From Tortispora ganteri (taxonomy: Eukaryota): DNA of 20,000 bases. The DNA lies in NCBI GenBank assembly GCA_003707115.1, contig PPNB01000032.1, forward strand, positions 48,319 to 68,318, read 5' to 3'. The stretch's first letter is position 1; each line of letters opens with the position of its first letter. Both the position numbers and the translations under genes were made by a program. The notes beneath the pieces are model-generated. The model saw only the letters and a list, made by a program, of their open reading frames with translations, was not told the origin of the DNA and ran no database searches. Shown piece by piece: positions 1 through 9,175 of the stretch.

Positions 1-360
1 CCATCACCAGATCTCATTGACGAGGCAAGCATCTCGGAGTGCGAGAAAACATCTGCGGCACTAAGCTACGTCGTGCTTATTGTCCAAAACCTGTCGCTCT
101 ACATGGGCATACCTCTCAGATACCCTCTACATTGCAAAGGGTCGAGGTCAATGATACATGACCCCATCAGTACTATCAGAGGTGACACTACATTTCCACT
201 ATACCCGCGCACTCTGGAATTCTACAGGTTCGAATACGGCGTGTACCTGCTTAACAAAGACATAGAGCAGCTATTGGGGATCTTCAAAATACCTATGGCA
301 GATATACGACATACGCTGGCTAATGTCCATTGTTTACTGCTCGCAATAGCGTCCAAATGA
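1..360 (+). CDS. VPS38: 3' end of a Vps38/UVRAG-like (Atg14 family) PI3K complex subunit, 5'-truncated by the window
   Basis: Frame 1 is open from base 1 to TGA 358-360. The translation ...SAALSYVVLIVQNLSLYMGIPLRYPL...IHDPIS...FPLY...RFEYGVYLLNKDIEQL...DIRHTLAN matches the C-terminal BARA-like region of fungal Vps38/UVRAG. Confidence 0.75.
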   Translation, partial: PSPDLIDEASISECEKTSAALSYVVLIVQNLSLYMGIPLRYPLHCKGSRSMIHDPISTIRGDTTFPLYPRTLEFYRFEYGVYLLNKDIEQLLGIFKIPMADIRHTLANVHCLLLAIASK

Positions 361-377
361 AAACAGACTTGATCTGA

Positions 378-1208
378 CTATTTAAACCACAACGGATACA
401 CTTGGCTGATACCTGCAATGGTACCAAAAAATCCAACCTGCACAGGGCTCAGACAGCCCTGAGGCAACGACCAATGCACAGTTAATGGCAGGTAAGCGGC
501 ATTCATAAACATGCTAAGAACCCATGCGCGCGAAGGTACGTCACAGCATCGCTTACTTGACGTCTTCTCGGACACCTCTGATCGTTTCGACTCTTTATAC
601 AGCACATATTCTCGGTACAAGCGCACAAATTCAAGGATAACGTGGGCAGCCCAGAGTTTACAAGATTCGCACCACAAACGCAGCTGTGCGTTTTCAGACA
701 TGGGAATGACATTGTGCGACGCCAGATACGCAACGTTCTCAAGTGGTTGATAGAGAATATTGGCAGCGACTTGGAGGTAGCGAACATATTTAATGACTTG
801 ATCACTTGGAGGATTTTCGATCACTGATACGTACCACTGCAATAGGGGCAACAGACCCCACAATCTATTAAAGATACGCACGTCTGAGACCAACGCCGCA
901 AGCGAGCCTATTCTTTTAGCAGCGTCGAGCGTCTGCTGAACAGATGAAACTTTGCTCGCTAGTTTCATGACAGTATTGAGTGAGACACCCGACGACTGCA
1001 GAATATTCAAGTAGACACGACTCAATTTGGCGAGCTCGATATTCTGCATGGAACTGGAGACAAACTGTAAAGAGTACTGAACCAAGGTGAGATGCGCGTC
1101 TAAGGTGCCGCCATTAGCGGCAAATTCAGCACATTTATCGAGCTTACTGTTTCGTAAATAGATAGCAGCTCTCTGTGCGGTAGACAGCGATGGTTTTTCA
1201 GAAGACAT
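378..1208 (-). CDS. Pex11-family peroxisomal membrane protein (fungal Pex11C-like)
   Basis: 276-aa ORF with DVRIFNRLWGLL, YQPLENVAYLASHNVI, SCKLWAAHVILEFVRL and NAAYLPLTVHWS...VGFFGTIAG, all typical of fungal PEX11-domain proteins. Confidence 0.75.
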   Translation of the reverse strand: MSSEKPSLSTAQRAAIYLRNSKLDKCAEFAANGGTLDAHLTLVQYSLQFVSSSMQNIELAKLSRVYLNILQSSGVSLNTVMKLASKVSSVQQTLDAAKRIGSLAALVSDVRIFNRLWGLLPLLQWYVSVIENPPSDQVIKYVRYLQVAANILYQPLENVAYLASHNVIPMSENAQLRLWCESCKLWAAHVILEFVRLYREYVLYKESKRSEVSEKTSSKRCCDVPSRAWVLSMFMNAAYLPLTVHWSLPQGCLSPVQVGFFGTIAGISQVYPLWFK

Positions 1209-1403
1209 GTGTTAATCGGAAGCTGGGGGGATATGCCTACCTAACGCGGCAATTTTAATAGGAGCCGAGGAACAAGACATATTTGGGAATCAATTGATCA
1301 GGGTTAGGGTCAAATAATCCGGGGTTGAAAGTTAACTGCTAGTGTATGCGCCGGCGCGGTATGGCAATGATGCAAAAGAGAGGAATTATTAGTAGTGATT
1401 CAG

Positions 1404-2441
1404 TTATTCAAAATAAGATTGGCTTGAGGAGCGCTGTTTCTGCGGGGGTGGAGTGGGCTCAAGAGGGTGTATTTCGGCCCACCAATCGGGGACGAATGGT
1501 TTTAGGAGGAGTGTGTTGGAGCCTGTGTGGTCGTCCCAAGAACAAAACAGTTTTCCTGGGGTCAATGCTGCATTTAGCCGTAATGTCGCTAGACCAATAT
1601 TGCCGGCAGTTGTGAGAATATAGCCCCAGGATTTAGCAGGTCTGGTAGTTGGCTGGTCGGGTATGAATTGGATCGGCGTTCCTAGCGGCGGCGGGGTTAA
1701 CACCTGGGAGTCGAAGGCGATGTTGGTAGGCTGTTCGTCGTTAGAGTGGTAGAACTGCACGGGAAAAGTTCTCTTTTTGATGGCGTTCTTGTGAAGAACG
1801 CGCGTAACGAGTTCTTGGCCTAAATAACAGCCCCTATCGGGTTCGATGCCGCCCATGAGATCCACATTTATGTCTGATGAGAGTGTGCGTTGATCTAGCA
1901 TGGGTACGTCTTCGGTGACGCCGTTGACGATGCGTCTGATAGTGTATGATTCGAGTGATGCTTCAGGCAGATCAGGCAGCACTGTAGCTGAGTTTTCGGC
2001 CACTATGCGATATCCCATGTCTGGGGCCCTGTCGTCCAGTGCAATTAGCATGTCATTTGAGAGTGTAGGGGGCGAATCAGGACTAAAGATATTCCACACA
2101 GAGTAACCATCGATTGGGCGAATAGCGGGCTTGCGGCCAATCCGGTAGCGGGTCATGTGATTTATTACAAACTCTGTATGCGAAGACATGCAATCTACTA
2201 GGTATGAGTTCGGAGGAAGGATTTTTTTGAGTGGCGAGTCGGAGGTGGAAACGATCGGATATACAAATATGTCGGCGAGAAAGAAGCCTTGGCTGTTCAG
2301 CATGACAGTGTAGTATCCTAGCGGATCGTCGGCCGGCGGTACACGTCGCGGTAGTATAGCATTCAACAATTTAGACGATTTGGCGCCTTCAACAGCTAGC
2401 AGCGATCGCGGTAGCCGGTATTTGCACGCATTCAGGGCCAT
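1404..2441 (-). CDS. IBA57: Iba57/Caf17 (YgfZ family) mitochondrial Fe-S cluster assembly factor
   Basis: 345 aa. GcvT-like N-terminus (RSLLAVEG; LNSQGFFLADIFVY; DDRAPDMGYR) and the YgfZ signature GCYLGQELVTR, with Arg in place of the usual Lys of KGCY. The true N-terminus is uncertain. Confidence 0.85.
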   Translation of the reverse strand: MALNACKYRLPRSLLAVEGAKSSKLLNAILPRRVPPADDPLGYYTVMLNSQGFFLADIFVYPIVSTSDSPLKKILPPNSYLVDCMSSHTEFVINHMTRYRIGRKPAIRPIDGYSVWNIFSPDSPPTLSNDMLIALDDRAPDMGYRIVAENSATVLPDLPEASLESYTIRRIVNGVTEDVPMLDQRTLSSDINVDLMGGIEPDRGCYLGQELVTRVLHKNAIKKRTFPVQFYHSNDEQPTNIAFDSQVLTPPPLGTPIQFIPDQPTTRPAKSWGYILTTAGNIGLATLRLNAALTPGKLFCSWDDHTGSNTLLLKPFVPDWWAEIHPLEPTPPPQKQRSSSQSYFE

Positions 2442-2832
2442 CGCTCAGTAGTGTGGGTTGCCCTCAATGATGAGGTAAGCGTTGTAAGATGTAAGAATAT
2501 GAAGCCGTTGTCTTAGCAACATACATTCATAAGGTCACTGAGAGTCACTTTTTCTTTTCTGTTTGCTCTTAGTCCTATCCATTTCCATTGATCTAATTGG
2601 TGCGTACTACGTAGTATACGTTCGCTACAATTGTGTTTGTCCTTGAGACTGACTGATTTAGAAAAGATATATTTGTTAAACAGTTCTAGCATCGTTTTGA
2701 GAGGGCAATTTGTTTTGATAAAGCCCAGTTAACAACTAAGGATTTTTGACCCACCTTTTTCCCACCTAAGGAAAACCTTCACGCGACATCTTGAGTGTCT
2801 TTTGCCTCTGCTGCTCCGTCTAACAGTACGAA

Positions 2833-3774
2833 ATGGAACTTATCAAGAAGGAGCAGGAGGCAGGTAGACAAGCTATCCGTAAGTTTCTGCAGTCGAAATC
2901 CTCCTATGATGTACTGCCGGTGAGTTTCAGGTTGATTGTGCTGGACACGTCACTATCCATTAAGAAGAGTTTAGCAATTCTACTTCAGAACGGAATCGTT
3001 TCTGCACCATTATGGAATTCAAGCACTAGCCAGTTTGCTGGACTACTTACTTCGGCTGATTACATTAACGTCATTCAGTATTACTATCAGTTTTCCGAAA
3101 AACTGGGACATATCGAACAGTACCCTCTAGACGGCCTCCGCACTATCGAAAAGGCCCTAAATGTCGAGCCTCCTCAAACAATATACGTACACCCGCTTCG
3201 TCCACTTTATGACGCTTGTCTTATGATGATACAGAGTCGTGCCCGTCGTATACCACTTATTGACCACAACAAGAACTCCGAAGTACTCGTGTCTGTGCTC
3301 ACACAGTACCGCATCCTGAAGTTCGTAGCTCAGAACTGCAAGGAAACCCGTATGTTACGTGTGCCTCTTTCGGTACTGAAAATAGGTTCTTCGGCATCTC
3401 AGCTTGCTACTGCATCAATGTCAACTCCTGTCATCGATGTTATCCACATGCTCGTAGAGCACAATATTTCAAGTGTCCCTATTGTCGACGATGCCGGCGT
3501 TTTGCTCAACGTGTACGAAGCTGTCGATATTCTCACCTTAATTAAAGGTGGAGTCTATGACGATCTTGAGCTTTCTGTTGGCGAGGCACTGCTCAGAAGA
3601 CCTGAAGATTTTGATGGTGTGCATACTTGTACTGACCAGGACCGCCTCGAGACAATCATGGACACTATCAGGAGGTCCCGACTACACCGTCTGATGGTAG
3701 TGGACAGCAATGGCAGACTCACTGGTATTGTTACATTATCGGATATTCTCAGGTACCTACTTACAGACGAATAA
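2833..3774 (+). CDS. SNF4: AMPK/SNF1 complex gamma subunit (four CBS domains)
   Basis: 313 aa. IRKFLQSKSSYDVLPVSFRLIVLDTSL, NGIVSAPLW, SRARRIPLID, SVLTQYRILKFVA, ISSVPIVD and LSVGEALLRRPEDFDGVHTC closely follow yeast Snf4. Confidence 0.97.
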   Translation: MELIKKEQEAGRQAIRKFLQSKSSYDVLPVSFRLIVLDTSLSIKKSLAILLQNGIVSAPLWNSSTSQFAGLLTSADYINVIQYYYQFSEKLGHIEQYPLDGLRTIEKALNVEPPQTIYVHPLRPLYDACLMMIQSRARRIPLIDHNKNSEVLVSVLTQYRILKFVAQNCKETRMLRVPLSVLKIGSSASQLATASMSTPVIDVIHMLVEHNISSVPIVDDAGVLLNVYEAVDILTLIKGGVYDDLELSVGEALLRRPEDFDGVHTCTDQDRLETIMDTIRRSRLHRLMVVDSNGRLTGIVTLSDILRYLLTDE

Positions 3775-3956
3775 ACCGACTGAAAAACTATATTGCATGC
3801 ACTTCTCTTAACTCTCCTTCATATAATATCGACTGCATATAATGTAACTTATTTTGTATTTTACTTTAATCGAAAGTGCAAAAACGAATAATCGGGACGT
3901 AAAACAGATTCTAAGCCGCTGAATCTAACAGACCCTATGCGGTTGATGTTCATGAA

Positions 3957-3964
3957 TATATACA
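3957..3964 (-). promoter_or_regulatory. Possible Puf3-type element (UGUAUAUA) in the TUF1 3' UTR
   Basis: Minus-strand TGTATATA lies about 46 nt downstream of the TUF1 stop. Puf3 targets mitochondrial-translation mRNAs in Saccharomycotina. It could equally be a TATATA polyadenylation efficiency element. Confidence 0.3.
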
Positions 3965-4010
3965 GTATATCGTTCTGTTCCCTTTTAAAATAATTTTAGC
4001 AAGTCTGAGC

Positions 4011-5300
4011 TTAGGCAAGGATCTTGGTAATGAGACCAGTGCCTACAGTACGGCCACCCTCGCGAATATTAAAGCGTTGACCTTCTTCTATGGGAGTAGG
4101 ACGCATAAGTTCGCAAGTTGCCTCGACATTGTCACCAGGCTTGACCTCGAAATCGTCGATGCTAACACCCTCAAGCGGGGTGATAGTCATGGTCTCATCG
4201 GCAGTGCGGACGTACATTTGCGGGCGGTAGTTAGTATGGAAGGGTGAGTGGCGGCCACCTTCTTCACCAGTGAGGATATAGAGGGAGGCAGTAAACTTGG
4301 TGTGGGCCTGGACAGTGTTGGGCTGGCACACCACCATTCCACGCTTGATCTGCTCACGACGGATACCACGAAGCAAGATTCCACAATTGTCTCCAGCCAT
4401 AGCCTCGTCCAGAGACTTGCGGAACATCTCAATACCAGTAACAGATGTCTTTATGGGCTGAGTGTTGTGGCCGACGATCTCGACTTCAGCGCCTTTCTTT
4501 AGCGAACCACGCTCGACCTTACCAGTGACGACCGTACCGCGACCAGAGATAGAGAAGACGTCTTCAACAGGCATAAGGAACGGCTGGTCAAGGTTTCGTT
4601 CAGGAGTAGGGATATGTTCATCGACAGCGTTCAAAAGTTTCTTGATGGCTTCCTCGCCGATCTCGGGCTCCCGGCCTTCGAGAGCACAGAGAGCAGAGCC
4701 CATAATTACTGGGGTTTCGTCACCATCAAATCCATAAACACTTAAAAGTTCACGCATCTCCATCTCGACAAGCTCGAGCATTTCCTTATCGTCGATAGCG
4801 TCGACTTTGTTGACGAATACGACAAGGTTCTTGATACCAACCTGGCGGGCGAGGAGAAGATGTTCACGGGTCTGAGGCATTTGACCATCAGAAGCAGCAA
4901 CGACAATAATAGCACCATCCATTTGAGCAGCACCGGTGATCATGTTTTTGATGTAATCGGCGTGACCGGGACAGTCGACATGAGCATAGTGGCGGTTAGC
5001 GGTTTCGTACTCGACGTGGGCAGTGGAAATGGTAATACCACGATCACGCTCTTCAGGAGCACGATCGATGGCGCTATAATCAAGGAAATTAGCGCCACCT
5101 TGTTCAGACAACACTTTAGTGATTGCAGCAGTTAGAGTGGTCTTGCCGTGGTCTACATGGCCAATAGTACCGACATTGACGTGCGGCTTGGATCTATCAA
5201 AAGCAGAAGCAAGTCCGCGGGCACCATATCCAAAACGAGAGCATGTAAAAACTCGAGAAATATTCGCTTTAGCAGCACTTTGAATGGCTGATCGAAGCAT
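4011..5300 (-). CDS. TUF1: Mitochondrial translation elongation factor Tu
   Basis: 429 aa. Arg/Ser/Ala-rich presequence of about 33 aa, then [33 protein letters not shown] and EGGRTVG motifs. Confidence 0.98.
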   Translation of the reverse strand: MLRSAIQSAAKANISRVFTCSRFGYGARGLASAFDRSKPHVNVGTIGHVDHGKTTLTAAITKVLSEQGGANFLDYSAIDRAPEERDRGITISTAHVEYETANRHYAHVDCPGHADYIKNMITGAAQMDGAIIVVAASDGQMPQTREHLLLARQVGIKNLVVFVNKVDAIDDKEMLELVEMEMRELLSVYGFDGDETPVIMGSALCALEGREPEIGEEAIKKLLNAVDEHIPTPERNLDQPFLMPVEDVFSISGRGTVVTGKVERGSLKKGAEVEIVGHNTQPIKTSVTGIEMFRKSLDEAMAGDNCGILLRGIRREQIKRGMVVCQPNTVQAHTKFTASLYILTGEEGGRHSPFHTNYRPQMYVRTADETMTITPLEGVSIDDFEVKPGDNVEATCELMRPTPIEEGQRFNIREGGRTVGTGLITKILA

Positions 5301-5468
5301 GATTGTTGTAGTCGAAGAAGTGGTGAGGTATGTGTGGGTTACTGAAATTTAATAAATCTTCTTAAATTTCCTCGACGTCAAAACTCTAATTTTAGTACTT
5401 TCCTATTGGTCAGTTACACTGAGCGGAAGAAAAAGGATTTGGCTGTAATATTCTGTGCGTATTCGAAG

Positions 5469-6917
5469 CTATTCGGTCTTGTATTTCCAGTCAAGGTACG
5501 GTGCTTCCTTAGACACTGTCTTGCGCTCCAATATATCTTTAACCTTCAGAGTGACACCTCTTGTCTTGGATCTTTGACGCTGCACAAAGGCTTCTAAACA
5601 CTCTTTGGCAGTAGCCTTGTAAGAACGATTAGAACCATCATTACCAGTAATATAGTCACTAACTGCAGCTTCTGTAGGAAGTCCAAAGCTGTAGGGCTGT
5701 TGAGTGTAATCAGGTGCAGAAGGGTCTACAGGAAGGGATGGCACGTCGGGTCTTTTGACGAAAAATTCTTCGATGTCGGCTTCCTTGATATCATCCAAAG
5801 ACGCAGGATTCCATTCGGGTTTCTTTGGAGGCTTGTGGATAAGCTTCGATTCAACACCTTCAACGAAATCGCCTGTTAACATGAACTGAGCAGCGACTAT
5901 ATTCTCGAGCTGGAGCACGGCCTTGATGCTGAGTGATCGGCCAAAGTCGTACAGACGGCACGAAACAGCAACAGAAGTAGGTGATCGTTGAAGAATAGTG
6001 GCGAGCGATTTTTGTGCAAATTCAGACTCGTCAGCGCGCAACGCAGCAAGCAGCGAATCAGGACGTCGGCTCTGGAATAAGTGATCGAGTTTCTCCCGAG
6101 TCTCACCCACGAGGAAAGGGGCAGGAGTGTAGTCTTCCGGCACGTCTTCAGCAAACTCTTCGATAGCGTTATTGACTGTCTCAAAGAACTTAGATGACGT
6201 GGGATCTGAAGAGGAGAGCTCCGAAAGGCGCTTTTCGAGGTCGGGTAGACGGTTGGAGGGCACATAGTGGGTAGCGACGCCAGCTAAGACATTATCGTAG
6301 CCTTTGAGGCGAGCAGAAGTCAATGCAAGATATAGACCAACGCGGCCGTCGAGTCTGGGCAAGAAGAATGATCCACCGACGTCCGGGAAGAAACCTATGT
6401 CGGTTTCTGGCATAGCGAACAAAGTCTTCTCGGTAGCGATACGGAACGGTGCGTGCACAGAAAGACCTACACCGCCACCCATAGTGATTCCGTGCATGAT
6501 AGATATGTAGGGTTTAGAGTATGTAGCAATAGAATAATTCAAGGTGTATTCAAGGTTGAAGAAAGCAGCGCTTTTGCGAGCGCCTTCGACACCTGACTTG
6601 TTTTGAGTAGCAAGTTCAGCAATATCACCACCGGCACAAAGTGCCTTATCTCCCGCACCTTTGAGCAATACAATTGCAGCATCTGAAGATTCCCATTCTT
6701 TTAGTCTGGGCAAAATTTTGCCGGCCATTGAGGCGTTAAGCGAGTTGAGTTTCTTTGGACGATTCAAGGTGATCGTTCGCAGTCCGCTGACGGAATTGAA
6801 GAGCACATCATCTTCTTCAGGCGCAGAAACAGTAGAATTCATACGCAGAAAGGTCTGGTTAGTTATTTTACTACGCAATGGCATGGCAGTCCTGCTGAGT
6901 TGCCGCGTTCGGAGCAT
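5469..6917 (-). CDS. EHD3: 3-hydroxyisobutyryl-CoA hydrolase, mitochondrial (crotonase superfamily; yeast Ehd3/mS47)
   Basis: 482 aa. Basic presequence, TLNRPKKLNSLN, LCAGGDI, GITMGGGVGLSVH, FAMPETDIGFFPDVG, DFVEGV, plus the fungal C-terminal extension (FGLPTE...GVTLKVKDILERKT). Confidence 0.93.
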   Translation of the reverse strand: MLRTRQLSRTAMPLRSKITNQTFLRMNSTVSAPEEDDVLFNSVSGLRTITLNRPKKLNSLNASMAGKILPRLKEWESSDAAIVLLKGAGDKALCAGGDIAELATQNKSGVEGARKSAAFFNLEYTLNYSIATYSKPYISIMHGITMGGGVGLSVHAPFRIATEKTLFAMPETDIGFFPDVGGSFFLPRLDGRVGLYLALTSARLKGYDNVLAGVATHYVPSNRLPDLEKRLSELSSSDPTSSKFFETVNNAIEEFAEDVPEDYTPAPFLVGETREKLDHLFQSRRPDSLLAALRADESEFAQKSLATILQRSPTSVAVSCRLYDFGRSLSIKAVLQLENIVAAQFMLTGDFVEGVESKLIHKPPKKPEWNPASLDDIKEADIEEFFVKRPDVPSLPVDPSAPDYTQQPYSFGLPTEAAVSDYITGNDGSNRSYKATAKECLEAFVQRQRSKTRGVTLKVKDILERKTVSKEAPYLDWKYKTE

Positions 6918-7060
6918 TTGCAGTTAGTCGGTCGGTGTGTTGGTTTCGGTGGAGGGAGGGGCAGATTTAGTAAGTAGGGTTAGGTTTCGGTTAGCGATCA
7001 ATTACAAAGTATTGCGACAACAAGGTGTGATACACGTATTAAGACAATAGCGTAAGAGAC

Positions 7061-8299
7061 TCAACGGCCTTCTACGGGTGCCTGGAGGAGCTCAGGGTAC
7101 TTCGAGACAACGTAGTCAAGGTCTTTATCGCCGCGACCGGAGAGGTTGACGAGAATTGAGGCGTCCGGGTACTTTTTAGCGAGCTTGATAGCGTAGGCGA
7201 TGGCGTGCGCTGATTCAAGAGCAGGAATGATGCCTTCAAAACGAGAGAGAGTAAAGAAAGCTTCGGCAGTTTCCTGGTCAGTAGCACCAGCACCCTTTTC
7301 AGTGCGGCCTTCGGTGGCGAGATAAGCGTGCTCAGGACCGACTGACGGGTAGTCGAGGCCTGAAGCGATGGAGTGGACCGGCGCCGGTTCGCCTTCCTTG
7401 TTATGGAGCATGATTGACTTGAACCCGTGCATGACACCGTCAGAACCATGGCTGATGGAGGCAGCGTGGTCACCAAGCTTGCTAGTACCTTTGCCGAGCG
7501 GCTCAACAGCGTGGAGCTTGACAGTAGAGTCGTCAATGAAACCTGAGAAGATGCCCATAGCGTTTGAGCCACCTCCGCAGCAGGCTACAACATGGTCCGG
7601 CAATTCGCCGATCAAGTCGAGAAACTGTTCGCGGGCCTCGATACCTACTATTTTCTGAAACTCGCGCACCATATAAGGGAACGGGTGCGGGCCAACAACA
7701 GAGCCGATACAGTACAAGATATTTTCGGGGTCTTCGAGGTATGCCATGAATGCCTTGTCTACGGCTTCTTTAAGCGTCTGAAGACCTTCAGTTGCAGGAA
7801 TGACTTTTGCGCCAAGGATTTCCATGCGAACAACGTTTGGTTTTTCCTTCTCCATGTCAACGGCGCCCATATATATATCGCATTCGAGACCAAAATAGGC
7901 AGCAGCAGTAGCTAAAGCGACACCATGTTGACCAGCACCAGTTTCAGCGATGACTTTCTTTTTGCCCATGTGCTTTGCAAGCAACACTTCGGCCATACAG
8001 TGGTTCAACTTGTGCGCTCCCATGTGGTTGAGGTCCTCGCGTTTAAGGTAGATGCGACCACCACCGATGTGGTTCGACAATCGTTTAGCGTACGAGATAG
8101 GTGTCGGGCGGCCCTGATAGTTTTTGCGGATAGACCGCAATTCCGCTACGTAGTCGGCAGACTTCGAAATACGCTTATACTCAGCGTAAATTTTGTCCAT
8201 CTCCGTCTGGAGATTTGGCGGGATAAATGAGCCACCATAGTTGCCAAAGTAGCCCTTGTCATTGGGGACGTGCAGCAGATAGGGTTTAGGAAGTGTCAT
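7061..8299 (-). CDS. trpB: Stand-alone tryptophan synthase beta subunit, bacterial type (no fused alpha domain)
   Basis: 412 aa. [30 protein letters not shown] (PLP lysine), AETGAGQHG (catalytic Glu), [44 protein letters not shown] and NLSGRGDKD. No alpha-subunit coding sequence upstream. Confidence 0.96.
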   Translation of the reverse strand: MTLPKPYLLHVPNDKGYFGNYGGSFIPPNLQTEMDKIYAEYKRISKSADYVAELRSIRKNYQGRPTPISYAKRLSNHIGGGRIYLKREDLNHMGAHKLNHCMAEVLLAKHMGKKKVIAETGAGQHGVALATAAAYFGLECDIYMGAVDMEKEKPNVVRMEILGAKVIPATEGLQTLKEAVDKAFMAYLEDPENILYCIGSVVGPHPFPYMVREFQKIVGIEAREQFLDLIGELPDHVVACCGGGSNAMGIFSGFIDDSTVKLHAVEPLGKGTSKLGDHAASISHGSDGVMHGFKSIMLHNKEGEPAPVHSIASGLDYPSVGPEHAYLATEGRTEKGAGATDQETAEAFFTLSRFEGIIPALESAHAIAYAIKLAKKYPDASILVNLSGRGDKDLDYVVSKYPELLQAPVEGR

Positions 8300-8304
8300 T
8301 GCGG

Positions 8305-8325
8305 CTTATCTGATAAGATGATAAC
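8305..8325. promoter_or_regulatory. GATA-site cluster with palindromic CTTATC-T-GATAAG immediately 5' of the trpB ATG
   Basis: CTTATC 8305-8310, GATAAG 8312-8317 and GATAAC 8320-8325. The palindrome reads ATCWGATAA on both strands. Confidence 0.45.
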
Positions 8326-9175
8326 GGTGCAGTACAACGGTGTGAACGTAGTATGGTGGGAGAGGAAAAGCAGACCCCGGGGCACAGAGCGGATAAAAAC
8401 CTTATTAAAAAGTACGTTCGAATTTGACCAATAGTAGCGCGCACTACATTTAAGGGGTCTTGAAGAAAGAAAGCGAACATTGTGTACGTTCGCGTATGTG
8501 ATAGAAGAAAATTTAATCTGATTTCTATTGTTCTCACATGCGTGAAACTACGCGTTCAAGGGTGATTTTGTGATGATAGAGTAATTTATTAGAACCGACA
8601 GCTTTGCCCTAGCTTGGACAACCTCGACTGCTCGGTGTAATGGTGAATGAGATATAATGTAAAGTCATTTAGCTATGCATATATACCTTTATTTAACATA
8701 CCTTCAAATACTATATGTTTTCAGAACCAATCAAAAACTATTACTGAATACCATAAACTAATATTGTCTGGATTCTGAAGTCATCTGTTACGTTTACTAG
8801 AGCAAATAATATGGGATCCGTGATATTTCCTAACTAGTAATTAAAGTTTTCATGTATTCCAACTACCTCTTTTTCTGCAAAGGCCTTTCCCAACCTACCA
8901 ACCACCCCCCTGCCCCTTCACAGATTGAGGACTTCTTTTCACTTCTAGCATTACTCTATCTTTACGTTCCTTCTGCTGTGAATTGCATCGACATATATCC
9001 TGAAGACGTAATCCTCGACAAGCAGACCAGACCCTGGCTATCCCTACTTGCTCCTTCGCGATTCACCGAACTGATTTGCGCTGGTCTGCACTGACCTGCC
9101 CATTTACCCCTTGTACCACTATTCGCCTTTACTCTTCCGCATTGCCGCTCATTTCTACACTTACATTCACTCGAT

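Noticed and set aside
2819..2826. Branch/acceptor-like TCTAACAG just upstream of the SNF4 ATG
   Set aside because: No clear donor or upstream exon was found and the ORF already has a normal Snf4 N-terminus. A 5' UTR intron cannot be excluded.
4187..8230. Many 60-170 aa ORFs overlapping TUF1, EHD3 and trpB
   Set aside because: Shadow ORFs arising from codon bias in well-conserved genes; no recognisable motifs.
8570..8780. tRNA-like GGTGTAATGGT (about 8634) and box C-like GTGATGA (8570)
   Set aside because: No T-loop or cloverleaf follows, and there is no convincing terminal stem or guide for a C/D snoRNA.
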